A stretch of 64,000 nt of DNA from the human T2T-CHM13v2.0 reference genome, Homo sapiens (GCF_009914755.1 NC_060942.1), one strand, 5' to 3'. Counted from the first letter of the stretch, positions 18,435-35,295 are shown. Made by a program: numbers and translations. The notes: generated by a model from the letters alone, not told the origin.

Positions 18435-18688
18435 TAGAGAAGTATGGTAATGCATTTAGACTATGCTCCATCTGCAAACTTGTTTTTCTCTTTGTCTAGG
18501 TGTAGATCTCTTTTGAGTTTATAATACTTGGAGTTGTTGAGCTTACTGGATGTGTGGATTAATGTTTCTCATATTTGGGAAGTTTTGGGGCATTATCTCT
18601 TGAAATATTATTCTGCTTCTTTCTCTCCTCTCCTCAAACTTCATTATGCATATGTTGGCATACTTGATGGTGTCTTACAGATCTCTGA

Positions 18689-18987
<299 letters not shown>

Positions 18988-19132
18988 AGTTCATATTTCT
19001 TTATTCTTTTTTCTTTCTATCTTAGACTAGATAATCTTGGGTGACCTATTTTTAAGTTTGCTGATTCTTTCCCACTTGCTCAAATCTACTGTTGAACCCC
19101 TCTGGTAAATTTTTCATTTTCATTTATTGTAC

Positions 19133-19709
19133 TGTTGATGAAAAGATTAAAACTCTGTAAAATATTTGAAGAGATTTATTCTGAGCCAAATATGAGTGAC
19201 CATGGCCTGTGAAACAACCCCAGGAGATCCTGAAAATATGTACCCCAGGTTGTGGGGGCACAGCTTGGTTTTGTACATTTTAGAGACACATGAGACATCA
19301 AATACATTTAAGATACACATTGGTTCAGTCCAGAAAGGTGGGACAACTCGAAGTGGGGGCTTCCAGGTTATAGGCAGGTTTAAATTTTTTCTTATTGGCA
19401 GTTGGTTGAGTTATTATCAATAGAAATAAATGTCTGGATTATGATAGGAGGCTTTGGAGACCAGAGTTTCTTCATGCAGATGAAGCCTCCAGGTAACAGG
19501 CTTCAGAGAGAATAGATTGTAAATGTTTCTTATCAGGCTTAAGGTCTGTGTTGATGTTAATGCTGGAGGAGTATAGTGAGGCATGTCCGACCCCCCATGC
19601 CATCATAACCTAAACCAGCCTTTTCAGGTTAAATGTTAAGAGTGCCCTGGCCAAGGAGGAAGTCCATTCAGGTGGTTGGGAGACCTTAGAATTTTATTTT
19701 TGGTTTGCA
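19133..19709 (-). mobile_element. MER4-family (ERV1) solo LTR
   Basis: TG...CA ends, perfect 4-bp TSD GTAC (19129-19132 and 19710-19713); gagatttattctgagccaaatatgagtgacc and gcagatgaagcctccaggt motifs. Confidence 0.88.
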
Positions 19710-20005
19710 GTACTTTCATTCCCAGAATTTCCATTTAATTTCTTTGTTGGTAGTCTCAATTTGGTGGGACATTATTCTCATACTTTCCTTTAGTTCTTTA
19801 GACATGGTGTCTTTTAAGTCTTTGAATGTATTCAAAGATGTGAATGTAAAGTCTTTATCTAGTAAGTACAATGTTTAGGCTTCCTCAAGGACAGTTTCAT
19901 GATTTTTTGTTGAAAACTGGACATTTTAAATAAGGTAGCAGTTCAGGAAATCAAATACTCCTCCCAGGGTTTGTTGTATTGCTGCTACTTTTGCTTGTTT
20001 AGTGA

Positions 20006-20332
<327 letters not shown>

Positions 20333-21766
20333 TAAAGTCTGTATTCTTGTACATGCCCACTGAAGTCTCTGATTGGTTAGTTTTGTGGTCAGCTGATAAT
20401 TAGACAAAGACTTAAATGCTTGGAACTAGTAAATTTCCCATTTTTTGCCAAGTGGCTCTGTGTGCATGTTGCGGCATACCTCCAGCACTGAACCAGGCAG
20501 TTTACAACTACCCAGAAGCCTTCACTTCCTTCTTGCACAGAGCCTTAAGGTTAGCCAGAGGTGTGAGCTAGGATCTTTTCAGGTCTTTCCTGGATGTGTC
20601 CACAGCTCATGTATGTGACCTTCTAGAGTCCCGGTAATACCTCATGGCTTTTGAAAGCTCCAACCCCATGGTCATCTCATTCTTTAGCTTTTCCTTGTGA
20701 GCTTTTTGTTACCCTGTTGTTTTTCTCAACTGTTATCCACTGCTTTGGGCAGCTGCTATGCTAAATTATTGCCTCTGATTGTTTCCAACAAGCACTTCTG
20801 GGGAAATGGCTTTTCAGATGGGGTGAGCGCCAAGTTAGGTCAAATGAAGATAGCCTTGCAAGTGGGGTCTTCCAGGGAACCACCAGACAGGTCAAATAAT
20901 GACATTTTCCTGGAATGGGGCTTAGAAGAATCTCCAGCCCCTTCTTCCTGCCCTGGTGGCTTCCAGGCTGCTGATTTTCATAGTAATTGTGAGGTGTTAG
21001 TTTTCGATTTAAAACTCACAAAGCTTGTTGCTTACTGAAATCCAGCCATTTTTCCTGAATAACTGCTCCCTGATTGCTGCATTTCTTTGGTAAATTTCCA
21101 GAATGTTGAAGAAGTTGCTTCTGGTTATTTGTCCAGTGTTCTTGTTGCTTTTATGGAGGAAAAGATTTTCCAAAGGCCTTGCTCCAGCATTTTCATTGAC
21201 ATTGCTTTGATACGAAGAATTTAACCCATAGTCAAATGCCAGAAATTGAAAAAGATTTTCTTATGACATAGATTAATTTTTTCTTAAGCATCATTTCTTC
21301 TATCCCCTTTTAATGGTATTTCATGGTATGAATATACCATAGGATGCTTAACTCTTTCGTAGTTAATGGGCTTTTTGTTAGCTTGTAATATCCAAGAGAA
21401 CTAGAAACAATGCTACAACTAAACTTTTTGTATATGCCTTTGTATGCCATTAAGAATGTTTCTCTAGAATGGCTCCCTGGAAGTCAGATTGCTTGATGAA
21501 TAATATGTATATAAAAAATTTAAGAATACTTTAAAACTGTCTTCCAAAGGCCTAAACTAGTTTATATTCCCAGCAGTGGTTTGTGAGAATAACTATTTTC
21601 CACACCCTGACCGATACTGACATCAGTCTTACAAAGTTTTGAAAGCCTGGGCAAAAATAATATGTCATTGATTTTTCAAATTTGCATTTAAATTATATTT
21701 TGAAGAACAATGTCATTGCTACCCCAGTAAGTAATAATTTTTAATCCTTTTATTTCTCCTCTTTAG

Positions 21767-21901
<135 letters not shown>

Positions 21902-22287
21902 TAAGAGTTGCTTAGATGTTTCTTTTTTTATTGGTATTCTGATTAGAAAACTTATGAGCATTATGGTTATTATGGCATGAGAAATACACAATCTTATATA
22001 AGTTTGTGTTTTGTCAGTTAACTACTTTTATAAAGATTGTGTTTCTTTCACTTCGGTGAATACTTCACAAGTATTCACTATTGTAAAACTTAACAAATTA
22101 GTTTTTATGCTTACAGTCAGAGCAATTCAGGTTTGAATGGAATATTAGAAGCAAAGGATACCATCTAATTTGCACTCATTTTATTCAAAAACTTTTATTG
22201 ATCACCTGCTTTGTGTTTGACACTGTACCAGCCACTGAGGCTATAAAGTGGGTAATAGATAGGATGACCATATATTATATCACCTAA

Positions 22288-22965
<678 letters not shown>

Positions 22966-23852
22966 AGCAAACTTAATATATATGACCAACCCAGTAACTC
23001 ATAGCCCTGTCTTCTAAAAGTCATCAACAGACAGTTATGCTATGATTGTTATTGGTCTCTAGACCACAATGTACAGTACAATGAGAAAAAGGTACAAGCA
23101 GATATATTCTGAGAGCATGCAGAGGGCATCTAGCTCAACTTGGGGAATCAGATAAAAGCTTCCTGAAGGGAGTGATGCCTAAGCTGAATTGTAAACAGGA
23201 TGTTACAGGTAGCAGGCAAAGTATTCTGGGTAGAGGGATCGGTCTGCATATAGAACTAAGCATATCAATTGAGTTTGTTAAGTATAGGAGATTATTGGTG
23301 ACTGGTAAGAGTGGTTTCTTTGATGTGATAGAGCAAAAGAGATACTGTGATAGATTGAAAAATGAATGGAGGGGGAGGAAATGTAAACTACCCTTACAAG
23401 AAGTTCAGGTAAGGAGGGAAGGAAGATATTAAATAATAAGTAAAGTAAGACTTGGGATTAAGTATGTTTCAAGCTGGAAGAAAATTTAATGTTTCATCGT
23501 AGTTAGGAGGAATGAGCCCAGGAGAAAGGATAATTGTTAGAGCAAGGTCTAGGGAAAGGAAAAAGGCATAGGGTCAAATGCGGAGATAGAGTGGCTGGTC
23601 TTGAGCAAGAACAAAGAACAGCTCATTCTCCGAAGCTGGAATAAACATAAATACAGATAGTAAGGATAAGTATGGAGATGTTTGAGCAGAAGTAGTGAAC
23701 TCTCAATCTTAACTGATGATCTTGCTTTCTTTTATGACATAGAATATGAAAGTCATCGCTCAGATTTAGAAGGGCCAGGGTTGAGTAGAGTTGGTGAGGA
23801 GAGTGAGAAATGCTTGGAAGAGCCATGTGGCTATAAGATAAAGCTGAACAAA

Positions 23853-24165
<313 letters not shown>

Positions 24166-26477
24166 AGGCTAAACAAGAGCAGGTTAAAGGGGTGAGAGCA
24201 GACCCTGATGGCCTGGTGGCAAGATCTTGTTTGTATTGGTGCCATTCTGCACAGCAATGTTATTTTTCCATAGAAAAAATGAAATGTAACACTGATTCAG
24301 GCTTGGAGTTTGCTGGGCTGGCAAAGGCAGGTGTTACATAAATTCATTCAGTTAATATTCAGGACTGCTAATGTGCCTGGCATTGTTCTAAGCTTTGAAA
24401 CTCCACAAATGAAAACACTCAGCCCTTCTCTTCAGAGAGTTCACTATCTCTGGTGGAAAGGCAGACACTGTGGAAGGGTAGTACAGTGATAAATCATGTG
24501 GGGATTCCTAAACAGTAATGACAGGGAGAGATTTGCTCAGAGTGAGAGATTTGATCCTGGGATTCAGAGCAGGAAATAAAGAGGATCCTGAAGGGAGCCC
24601 ATAGAATTGGAAGAAAATGAAGCAGTCAAAGAGCTAGAGATCCCTCTGAAGGATGACGAAGTGAGGGCATCATATGGCTACCCAAAATGGTAGAGGATTG
24701 TGATCCAAGAGTGGATAAGGGCATTCACCATTGCTGAGCTATAATGATCCTAGGTGAGTGCTGCCCATCACTGAGGCACACAGAAGACTGACTAAAGTGA
24801 AATAAGGATTGAAAGTGGTAACATTGAGGAGATCCATGACTTGTAGAGCTTCCCTCTATCACATGCCTCATAGGTCATCTGTTCTTTCCTTAACATTACT
24901 TCCATCTCACAAAGCCATCCATTCCATTTTAGCAGCCCAGTTTGTTTACTTCCCTATACTGCAGAGAAGTCTTCTTCCCTTTAATTTCTATCTGTTGATA
25001 CCATTTCTTCCACTATTAGCTATGTAGAAAATAAAATTGAAGGGATCACGTCTCCTCATTTATTCACCAAATATTTGCACACCAGTTATATGCCACATAT
25101 TGCTATTAATAGTTCCTGGAACTATAGAAGTATATGAGGTGATCATTTCTAACTTATGGTATTGTCTAGACTGGAGGAAGCCAGAAAGTCAAGGAGTGGA
25201 GTGAGAGTTAACAGAGGGAAGTAGGCTATCATGGGACCTGAAAACAGGAAAGTCTAAAGCGTGTATGTATACATGATAGGGGAGGGGAGTGGACAGAAAA
25301 GGGCCCCCAGAGAGCACGCCACCTGAGCTGCATTTGGAGCGCACATGTATAGGACTATACCTGGAGAGAGTGCAGGCAAATGGTGCATCAAACGCAGCAA
25401 GTCCAGGTTGAGTTGTGATGCATTTGAGGAGCTGAAGTAAGTCAACATGAAGAAGATGAGGCTGAAAAGTAGGCAGAGGTTTTGTTAACTATTTTAGGAG
25501 CTTGAGCCTTATTTTACGATGATTTATTTGGAAGCGACTTAAGGAGAACAGAAATGATCACAGTTAGGTTTTTAAGAGAAGAATGAATTGGAGCGTAGGA
25601 GGAAATTGTATTTATAAAGACTGGTAAGAAGGCTTTTGAGGTAAATCAGCTGAGAAATGATGGTAGCTTGTACTGTGCAAGGGTGGAGGGAGCTAATGGA
25701 TATATTTGAAAGCTACTTAGCAGGTAGACTCTGTAGGACTTGGTGATTTATAGGATTGGTGTTGGGGAGGGTAGGAGAGGAATAAATCAAGAATGGAATC
25801 TGGGTTTCGCATTTGGTCACGTGATAGCAGAAGAAACAAGGTCAGGGGAAAGATAAGTCTGCTTTAGACATATTTAATTCAAGATGATTACTGACTTTCA
25901 AGCTTTCAAGCTGATATTTCCCTGTTCTCTAAATTTAAAAACAAGTTATTTATATATTTATTGACATCAATTGACAATTGCCTTTTTTGTGCTGCTTCTG
26001 CACTCTGTGTAGACCTTATAATACTTCTAACGCTCCTGGGTTATAAACTCCTTGAAAATAGAGGTAACTTCTTATATCCCTGGAGAATAGTGCCAGGCAT
26101 ATAGTGTTAAGCAAATGTTTGAATTAATGCCACTTTATTTTGCTTCCTTGTTTATATGTCAGTCTCCTTGAAGACTGATTCTTTAAGCGTAAGGACCTCA
26201 TGGTGATCTTTGCATTTCCAGTGCCTTCTACAGAGCCTGACCCACAGTTAGGGTTCAGTAAACATTGTTTCTATTGTTATTTCATCGTCATCATCATCTA
26301 CTATTTAAGTACCCTCATATTTTTGTTAATTTTTAGTCCTGGGTGTTAAATAGTAATAATCTAAGGTTTTGGGTTTTTTTTAGAATGTGATGTGAGAATG
26401 GGGCTCAATTTCAATTTTAGACATTTAGGTTTAACTTTCATAAGCCAAGACTTTTAATGTAATGCAGGCTGACTTAG

Positions 26478-26654
<177 letters not shown>

Positions 26655-27034
26655 TAAGGCTTGTTTAAAAAAAAGCTTGTAAATGATTATTGAATAAGGA
26701 AAATATCATTCCATAACACCCATTACATTTCTATTTTATGTTTGTTAGCCAAATCACATTTCCCACCTCAGAAAAACGTAATTTTGATTAAAAGAGATTA
26801 ACAAAATCCCAACATATTCATAACTTTTATCTTTGTAAAAATAGCATAATTCATTTCTAATCTTCTTTAAATTATTGTGATTGTTAGAGGAATTACATAC
26901 ATACTTCTGGAACCTGCTCCCCCACCAAAAAAAGTCTTAATTCTGGTGGGAGATTATCCAGAATTATCATTAAAATTTTTGTCAATAAAGTCAAATTAAG
27001 AGATTTTTTTTTCTCATTTTTTAATCAGTTTTAA

Positions 27035-27336
<302 letters not shown>

Positions 27337-27560
27337 TGTTCTCCTTTTTTTAATGAATTTTCATTCCAAATAGTTGTAGCACCTACAAACATTATAAGTG
27401 GGAAGAGTACTGAAATGGCAAGGACTGACTCAAGTTCTTGAATGAGTCGCGTGATCCCCATGAATGTGTTTCCTCATGTGTAAAATGGGAATAGCAGGAC
27501 CTATCAAAGAGCTATTGGAGAAACCAATGTGACAGTTCTTTGGAAAATTATCAGCAATAT

Positions 27561-27565
<5 letters not shown>

Positions 27566-27610
<45 letters not shown>
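27566..27610. repeat. (AC)22 microsatellite
   Basis: Uninterrupted AC run. Confidence 0.97.
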
Positions 27611-27613
<3 letters not shown>

Positions 27614-28059
27614 GCTGTTTTCACTTAATCTGAGTTTTCTTATTCCTCTAATCCATTATTATTTTTCTCAATCCTTATAATATTTTCCCCATGCCCAATT
27701 AACACATTCTTCCACGTGTAGAAATTCAGTCTCCTGTCGCCTTGTCTAGTGGCTTTCAAACTTTAATGTGTGTAAGAAATACCTGTGGGACTTACTCAAA
27801 ATGTTGATCTCTGCCAACTTTCCTCTCCTCCCCATCCCCAAGATTTCTGATGAAAAAGAAAAAAGGTCTGGAGGTCCGGATTTTAGTGAGCACCCTCAGT
27901 GATTGTGTTGCAGGTGTTCCCTGGAAGACACTGAGAAACAGACTGTTCTAACCTAGATGCTGCCAACAATTACTGTAACTAAAACATTTCTGTGACATAA
28001 CCATGCTGTTCAGCTATTTTATAGTTTCTTATTAGAATGATTAAAAGATAGAGAGAAAC

Positions 28060-28180
28060 TTAGAAATACTGATGCCTGAGCCCCACCCCCAGAGATTCAG
28101 ATTCAGTTAGTCTAGACTTAGGAGTTTCACAAAAGAGCCTGGTGTAATTCTGATGTATACCCAGAGTTGAGAACTGACTT
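28060..28180. mobile_element. MER5-like hAT fragment (similar pieces near 27745-27935 and 28330-28420)
   Basis: gccccacccccagagattcagattcagtt...aattctgatgtatacccagagttgagaac. Confidence 0.55.
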
Positions 28181-28718
28181 GAAACATGAAGAGCATGGCT
28201 TATGTGTGAGGGCAAATACTGTATATTGTTTATGCAATGCATTGTGCTATGGGTTTTTTTTGTTGTTCATTTTGTTTTTGTAGATGGTCATTAAATCTTG
28301 ATTGGTTGGTTGATTGATCTAAACTTTAAGCTAATTAAATCAGAATCTTTGGAGGTGGGACCCTGGCATTTTAAAGCTTATCAGATGATTCCATTATATA
28401 GCCAGATTGAGAAATTGCTGAACTAAACTGATTTGAACTGTAATAGTAGTGCCAAATTTAAGATACCAATGAGAAAGTTAAACCTAAGATCAGTTTGACA
28501 GCAATGAGGATCCACTGGCCCTCATGTCTGCCTGACCTGTGTTCTAGAACCTGCGTTTCTTCTTTTTTTCCTCCTTCTCTCCCTTCCTTCTTTGCTTTCT
28601 CTTTTGAAATCTGGATTGATTATCTGAATTAGGTAACAATATACTGTGTCTAAAATGACTTTTTGTTAGCCATTCCACAATTTATACATACTTCAAAACA
28701 TGTTGTACATGATAAATA

Positions 28719-29366
28719 CAGTTGACCCTTGAACAACACAGGTGTGAAGGTCCATTTATACTCAGATTTTCCTGTGCTTCTGCCACCCCTGAGACAGGAA
28801 GACCAACCCCTCCTCCTCCTCCTCCTCCTCCTCCTCTTTATGATTTTGTTAATAACATTTTCTTTTTTCTAGATTACTTTATTGTAAGAATACAGTATAG
28901 AATTCATATGGCATACAAAATAGTGTTAGTCAGCCAGGCACAGTGACTCATACCTTTAATCCTAACACTTTGGGAGGCTGAAGCGGGTGGATCACTTGAG
29001 GTCAGGAGTTCGAGACCAGCCTGGCCAACATGGCGAAACCCTATCTCTACTAAAAATACAAAAACTAGCCAGGCATGGTGGCGGGCATGTAAAATCCCAT
29101 CTACTCTGGAGGCTGAGGCAGGAGAATTGCTTGAACCCTCGGTGGAGGGGCAGAGGTTGCAGCGAGCCGAGATCGTACCACTTCACTGCAGCATGGGTGA
29201 AAGAGCAAAACTCCAAGTCAAAAAAGAAAAAAAATTGTTAGTCAATCTGTGTGTTACTGGTAAGGCTTCTGGTCAGTAATAGGCCATTAGTAGTTAAGTT
29301 TTTGGAAAATCATATGTAAATTTTTGATTTGATTTTCTAACACCCACATTGTTCAAGGGTCAACTG
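28719..29366. mobile_element. Tigger2-family non-autonomous DNA transposon
   Basis: TIRs cagttgacccttgaacaa / ttgttcaagggtcaactg, both flanked by TA; internal (CCT)n tract. Confidence 0.88.
28932..29234 (+). mobile_element. Alu inside the Tigger element
   Basis: Dimer; TSD tgttagtca. Confidence 0.9.
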
Positions 29367-29886
29367 TATATCCAATTTTTGCCAATTAAAAAATAATATT
29401 AAATAAGTAAAAGTAACTTCACTTTTTCCTGATGCTTCAGGTGTCTCATCTTTTGTGTGATTTTACTGTAATTTTCTTCTCTCCCTTCCTGCTCCTTCAA
29501 ATTTCAAATTTTCAGTTTCAGTAAGTCTTAACAATAGTTTAGTTGGCCTTGTACTGCTCTCCTGCATTGGTGGCTTGCTTTAGATTTTTTTTTTTTTTCC
29601 TGGTGGTGTATTGAGTTTATTTGAACATGAGATGTGGTTACATTTCTTCTTGGGTAAAATGACTGTATCATTTAACAATAATCTTTGTTGCATCTGCTAT
29701 GAACAGTAATTACAGTTTGAAGTACTTGAAAATGTTTGAAAATAAACCAGTGTGACTTAGCTAAATCTGCTTGGAAATTATACCATGTCTTGATATTTTA
29801 TTAAAATATCAAAATATTTCAATTATGAACAAAAACTTAGAAACAAAGCTGTTGTGAAATGCAAAGGTGTTTTTGTTCTGTTGCAG

Positions 29887-29962
29887 GGGATTATTTATTT
29901 CGATCTCAGACAGAGGTCATGTTAGATCAATTGTGGATAACTGGCCAGAAAATCATGTTAAG
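29887..29962 (+). CDS. ME2: ME2 exon 5
   Basis: ttgcag|G; [25 protein letters not shown]; AAG|gtacta; 76 nt. Confidence 0.96.
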
Positions 29963-31002
29963 GTACTAATAGCACAACCCTCCTTTTCACAATGTTTTCT
30001 CTTTTCTTGTAAATTACCTCTAAATCTCCAAGAACAGTTTTTCATTGTTGCTCTCATTTATTTTGCACTTATATACATGCAGATTTAGTGCTTTGCAGCT
30101 GAAGTGATGATAATAGTAGTAGTTATAAAATGGGCTACTGGTATAAAGTTTGACTCTGAGAAAGAAATTAGAGCTAGAATACAAGGTGAGCCCTCTCGGT
30201 ATCAGCACCACTGGTGTCTCCTGCCTTCTCAATCTCCTTTTCTATTTCACTAATATTATTCTAGGTAAAGAAAATACATTAAAATGCCATAAAAACTTTT
30301 GTTTATGAATGGTGTTAGAGAAGTTTGGTTATGCCTTTTTTTCTTTTAAATCTAAGATTTAGAACCTTAGCAAATATAAAAATGTTAAATATAGCAAATA
30401 TAAGCCCTGGCCTATTTAGTTATCTTTCATAAAATAAAATGTAATAACTTATTTCAAGATCTTTGGGTAGGCTTTTGTAAATTTTATTGTAGGCAATAAT
30501 CTTACCTGCCTTTATACTCCTTTCCAAAATAAACATTGAATGATCGTTGGTTTGAATACTCTAGCAAAAATTTGGTCAAATAATTAAACTCACAGTATCA
30601 TCTTAAGACCTTCCTTATAAGTAGGTATTTTTTTTGTTCTAGACCTTTTTCTTTTTCACAGTTGCTAAGGTTTTTTTTGTTTGGCCTAGGTTATTGTGTT
30701 GGAGTACCATGCTGTTTATTTCTAAACTCTTATTTTTCTCTTATGGTAATCTCTCCATCAGAATCTTGTTCATCTCTGCCATATTTAATCTTTCTGAAGA
30801 TATTTAAGTTGGTCCTCTAGTCAGAAGAATTCTATTCCTAAACCGAAGTCAGAGGGAAATCAAATCTAGTTAATGTCTCATAATACTCAGAAGTCCTAGA
30901 ATTTTAAGTATGCTTTGTTGGTTTACATTGGAAATTAGCCAAGAAACAATTTTATTTTTAAGAGCAAAGAGTAAATATATATGAAGTGAATCAATCTTTT
31001 AA

Positions 31003-31296
<294 letters not shown>

Positions 31297-31407
31297 TGAA
31301 AATGATAATTTAAGAAGGGAAAGTTTTATGATTAGATTTTTTTTTCTTAAACTCCACTTTTAATATTTATATAAATAATAGTAAATTAAGTCTATTAAAA
31401 GTTTCTT

Positions 31408-31705
31408 GGTCCGGGCATGGTGGCTCATACCTGTAATCCCAGGACATTGGAAGGCCGAGGCAGGCAGATCACCAAAAGTCAGGAGTTCGAGACCAGCCTG
31501 GCCAACATGGTGAAACCCAGACTCTACTAAAAATACAAAAAAAATTAGCTGGGCGTGGTGGCACATGCTTGTAATCCCAGCTACAAGGCTGAGGCAAGAG
31601 AATTGCTTGAATGCAAAAGACAGAGGTTGCAGTGAGCCGAGATCACACCATTGCACTCCAGCCTGGGTGACAAGAGTGAGACTGTCTCAAAAAAGAAAAA
31701 ATAAA
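31408..31705 (+). mobile_element. Alu (AluS-like)
   Basis: Dimer; TSD aaagtttctt. Confidence 0.9.
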
Positions 31706-31828
31706 GTTTCTTGTAGGGCAATACATTTAAAAAATTGTATTAGTAATTTTTTATTTTGCAATTTTTATTGTATGTGTTTAAACTGATTATATAAATTATT
31801 TTATTTTTACATTTGGTTTATTTTGTAG

Positions 31829-31932
31829 GCACTCTTAAAAGACCCATTTTACATGGGCTTGTACCAGAAACGAGATCGCACACAACAGTATGATGACCTG
31901 ATTGATGAGTTTATGAAAGCTATTACTGACAG
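31829..31932 (+). CDS. ME2: ME2 exon 7
   Basis: ttttgtag|GCA; [34 protein letters not shown]; AG|gtattt; 104 nt. Confidence 0.96.
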
Positions 31933-32499
31933 GTATTTTTTAAAAGTTTGAGTATATGAAAGCACCTTTAATGGGGTGGGTGGGGTAAGAACCAAAGTTT
32001 TGTTTTGTTTTCCTTTATTTCTTTCCTGTGTAGATAAGCAGGAGGCGATTAAATTTTTGAGAACTTTGTTCTGCCTGGCTGTTTCTGCCTGATTAGATGT
32101 GCCGATATGAGGTGGTACCCATGGTCTGCCTTGCTTTCTTGAGTTACCTGACATTTTGAGGGAAGTCTGCCCTCACTGCTTCCATCAAACGCTTACTGCT
32201 CAGTACCTTTTTCAGCCTTGACCTTCAGGCTCACGCCCACCATTCCACTGAAGCTCTTGTGCAGCTTTTGTATTTTAAGTTCTCTGACCATTGGGTCCTC
32301 CCACTTCTCTACCTCTTTGCACCGTCAACTCAGGTTTTCCCACTTCTATGTCCTTGAAACTCTCTCTTCTCTTGACTGCTAAACAGCTTCCTCCTAACTT
32401 GGTCTTTCTCCCACCTTTCTCTTTTTTTTTTTTTTTTGTCATCTTCACAGGTTCTTGCTGTCTCTTACTAAATGTGGATAACTACCTAGTCCTCTTCTC

Positions 32500-33620
32500 T
32501 TTCAGCCATGTCAACTATGACCTTTATGCATGTTACTACTAAACCCATAAAAACCCATCTGTAGTTCCACTGCTCTTGTGAGGCCTGCATTTCTAATAGT
32601 CAGAATCTTCCATCTGGATATTCTGTTATGAGTGCATATTCATATCCCACACTGAACTCCTTTCCTTTCCAAACAACCTATCTTCTGTATTCCCAGCTTC
32701 TATTATTGGCAGTAACATTCATCCTGTTGCCAAAACTTTGATCTTAGTGTTATCTTTGACTCTTCTGCCTTCTCCGTCAGTCTCCCGTGCAGTCAGATAT
32801 TCCTCAAATTCAGTGGGTACTACCACTTAAATGTCTCCTGTTTTCCATTGCCGCAATCTTGCTCTCTCCTTATCTCTCTTCTGGAGTTTTCTAATTCTTC
32901 CTCCAGTTTCTCTCCTCTCCAGTTCGTCTCCACCTTAATACCAGATTAATTGTTTTGAAACGTGTGCTTCATTATGTCATTCTTTTGCTTGAAATCTCTG
33001 ATTGGTTTCCTATTGCCATAGGATAAAGTCAAACTCTTTTACCTTAATGATCTAACCCTGGCCTACCTTTAAAATTGCTGGCACGTAGAAGATATTTAAA
33101 CATTAATTCCTTTTCAGAGTCAAAGTCAACAAGTCTAAAGCTGAACTTTACATCTTCCCAGAAATTGCCATCTCTCCTTCTTCCTCTCACTTTCCTATCT
33201 TGGACAACCAAATAGTACCTTCTTAGTTACCCCATTACCTTCACATTGTAACAGCTTCTTCCTCATTTCCCAGTTGATCCTTATCAATTTCTATTCATCC
33301 TAATAGTTCATAGTTACTCCTTTTGCTTCCTGCATCTTCTGCTTCAGATCTCTTGTCTTCGTATCATAGTAGCCTCCTAGTTGCTTCTGCCACTCCCGTC
33401 TCCCCACACCAATATGAGCTACGTATCACTGGCAGGTTTATCCTTCCTAAAGGGAGTCATATGTGAATATTTTCCTTTCTCTGCAGCCTTCACTGTTTCT
33501 ACATGGGATGCAGAAGAAAGTCCCTCTTCTCTAATTTAGCATTCGAGATCCTCCCTTATTTGGTTCCAACCTGCATTAACCAATTTCTCCCTTATCTCTT
33601 AATGTAAACCATGAAATATA
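32500..33620 (-). mobile_element. degenerate L2 fragments
   Basis: Pyrimidine-rich; ccatctggatatt, atctttgactcttct, ggataaagtcaaactcttt resemble L2 3' region. Confidence 0.45.
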
Positions 33621-34109
33621 TAGCCAGACTGTTGAAAATTCAGGGTCACCCTAATAACAGCCTGCTTTTCTTCCTAGCTCTTTACTTTTTGTTCTTTCAG
33701 GGCCCACCTCCTTTTCAAGCCTTCCCTTACTACTTGAGCTCACCTAGACGATTAACATCTTCTTTTTCTGAATGTCAGTGAACTCAAATAGCAATTATTT
33801 TTCAATTTCTTATTTAATATATACTTTCTTGTGTTGCTGTTTAACTATTAATGTAATGAGAATATACATATCAAATATATATTTTTTGAGGTTCAGAGTC
33901 AAAGGAAGTGTCCTCCTGGACACTTGAAAATAGTTTACATAGATTGATATCCCATGGGTTTATCATTGTGCCACATTCTTTTTAAACACCTCATACTTTT
34001 TTTATTGAATAATTTCTACATTTTGGATCTAGTCTTTCACAGGCTCTGAAATTTTTCAGATGGCCTTAATTGAACTAACATAATACATTATTTTTGAATG
34101 CTATCATAG

Positions 34110-34307
<198 letters not shown>

Positions 34308-34385
34308 TAGGGTTTTGATTCCTACTTTTTAAACATTTTTAATGTGCCCATTTTTTATTTGTAAAAATCTTTGTTTTTCTTACAG

Positions 34386-34483
34386 GGACAGCTGCAGTAG
34401 CTCTAGCAGGTCTTCTTGCAGCACAAAAAGTTATTAGTAAACCAATCTCCGAACACAAAATCTTATTCCTTGGAGCAGGAGAG
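34386..34483 (+). CDS. ME2: ME2 exon 9
   Basis: ttacag|GG; [32 protein letters not shown]; GAG|gtaagt; 98 nt; follows a 95-nt intron. Confidence 0.97.
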
Positions 34484-34798
34484 GTAAGTTTTGAAGGCTT
34501 TTTGAAACTTAAGCCTATCCTCTCTTATAGAATTAGAAAATGGGCAGAATATTGATGTTTATGAAAGAGCATAGTGAGCCTGTAATTTTGTTGAGGTAGA
34601 GGATATGAAATCAAGAGTTCTGCTGTAAAACATGTAATTTAAAATATGTTTCGAGAGAATATCACGAAGAATTTTTGTTTGATTTGTAAGGGAAAAATAA
34701 ACCAAATATTTCTTATGGCATATAATCTTCATATATAAAGTAATTCAAGCATTGCATCGTACTCTAGTATATATTAAAATTTATGTTTTGTTGAACAG

Positions 34799-34912
34799 GC
34801 TGCTCTTGGAATTGCAAATCTTATAGTTATGTCTATGGTAGAAAATGGCCTGTCAGAACAAGAGGCACAAAAGAAAATCTGGATGTTTGACAAGTATGGT
34901 TTATTAGTTAAG
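34799..34912 (+). CDS. ME2: ME2 exon 10
   Basis: gaacag|GCT; [38 protein letters not shown]; AAG|gtaagg; 114 nt. Confidence 0.97.
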
Positions 34913-35295
34913 GTAAGGTATTTAAAATTTGGAGAAGCAAAAGAGTGTATTATATTTTTAGTTGGATTTTTAAAATATTATTCCTTAAAATCTTGTTTCT
35001 CATTGGAGTCTCCAAATTATACCAATTGGGACCTTCCACTCTCTTTTCAACAGATGTCCCTAGTCTTGTTGTCTTTTACAAAGACTTCTGCTTCATATTG
35101 AATTAATAATCTCTATGTTGGCATCAGACTTACTCTTTCTTGCTTTGTTGTCTTGCTCTTAAGAGATCAAATGGCCATTGTACAAGTATGATCGTGTTTG
35201 ACACTCCTAAAACTAGGTTTTTAGTAGGAACTGAGAACTTCCTAATTAAATTGCAGTATTGCAGTAGTTTTGATATTTGAGCAGAAATTCTTTTA

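Noticed and set aside
22056-22078. Perfect 10-bp hairpin gtgaatactt-cac-aagtattcac (another at 17464-17487)
   Set aside because: About one such hairpin is expected by chance in 64 kb of AT-rich DNA; no recognisable RNA family.
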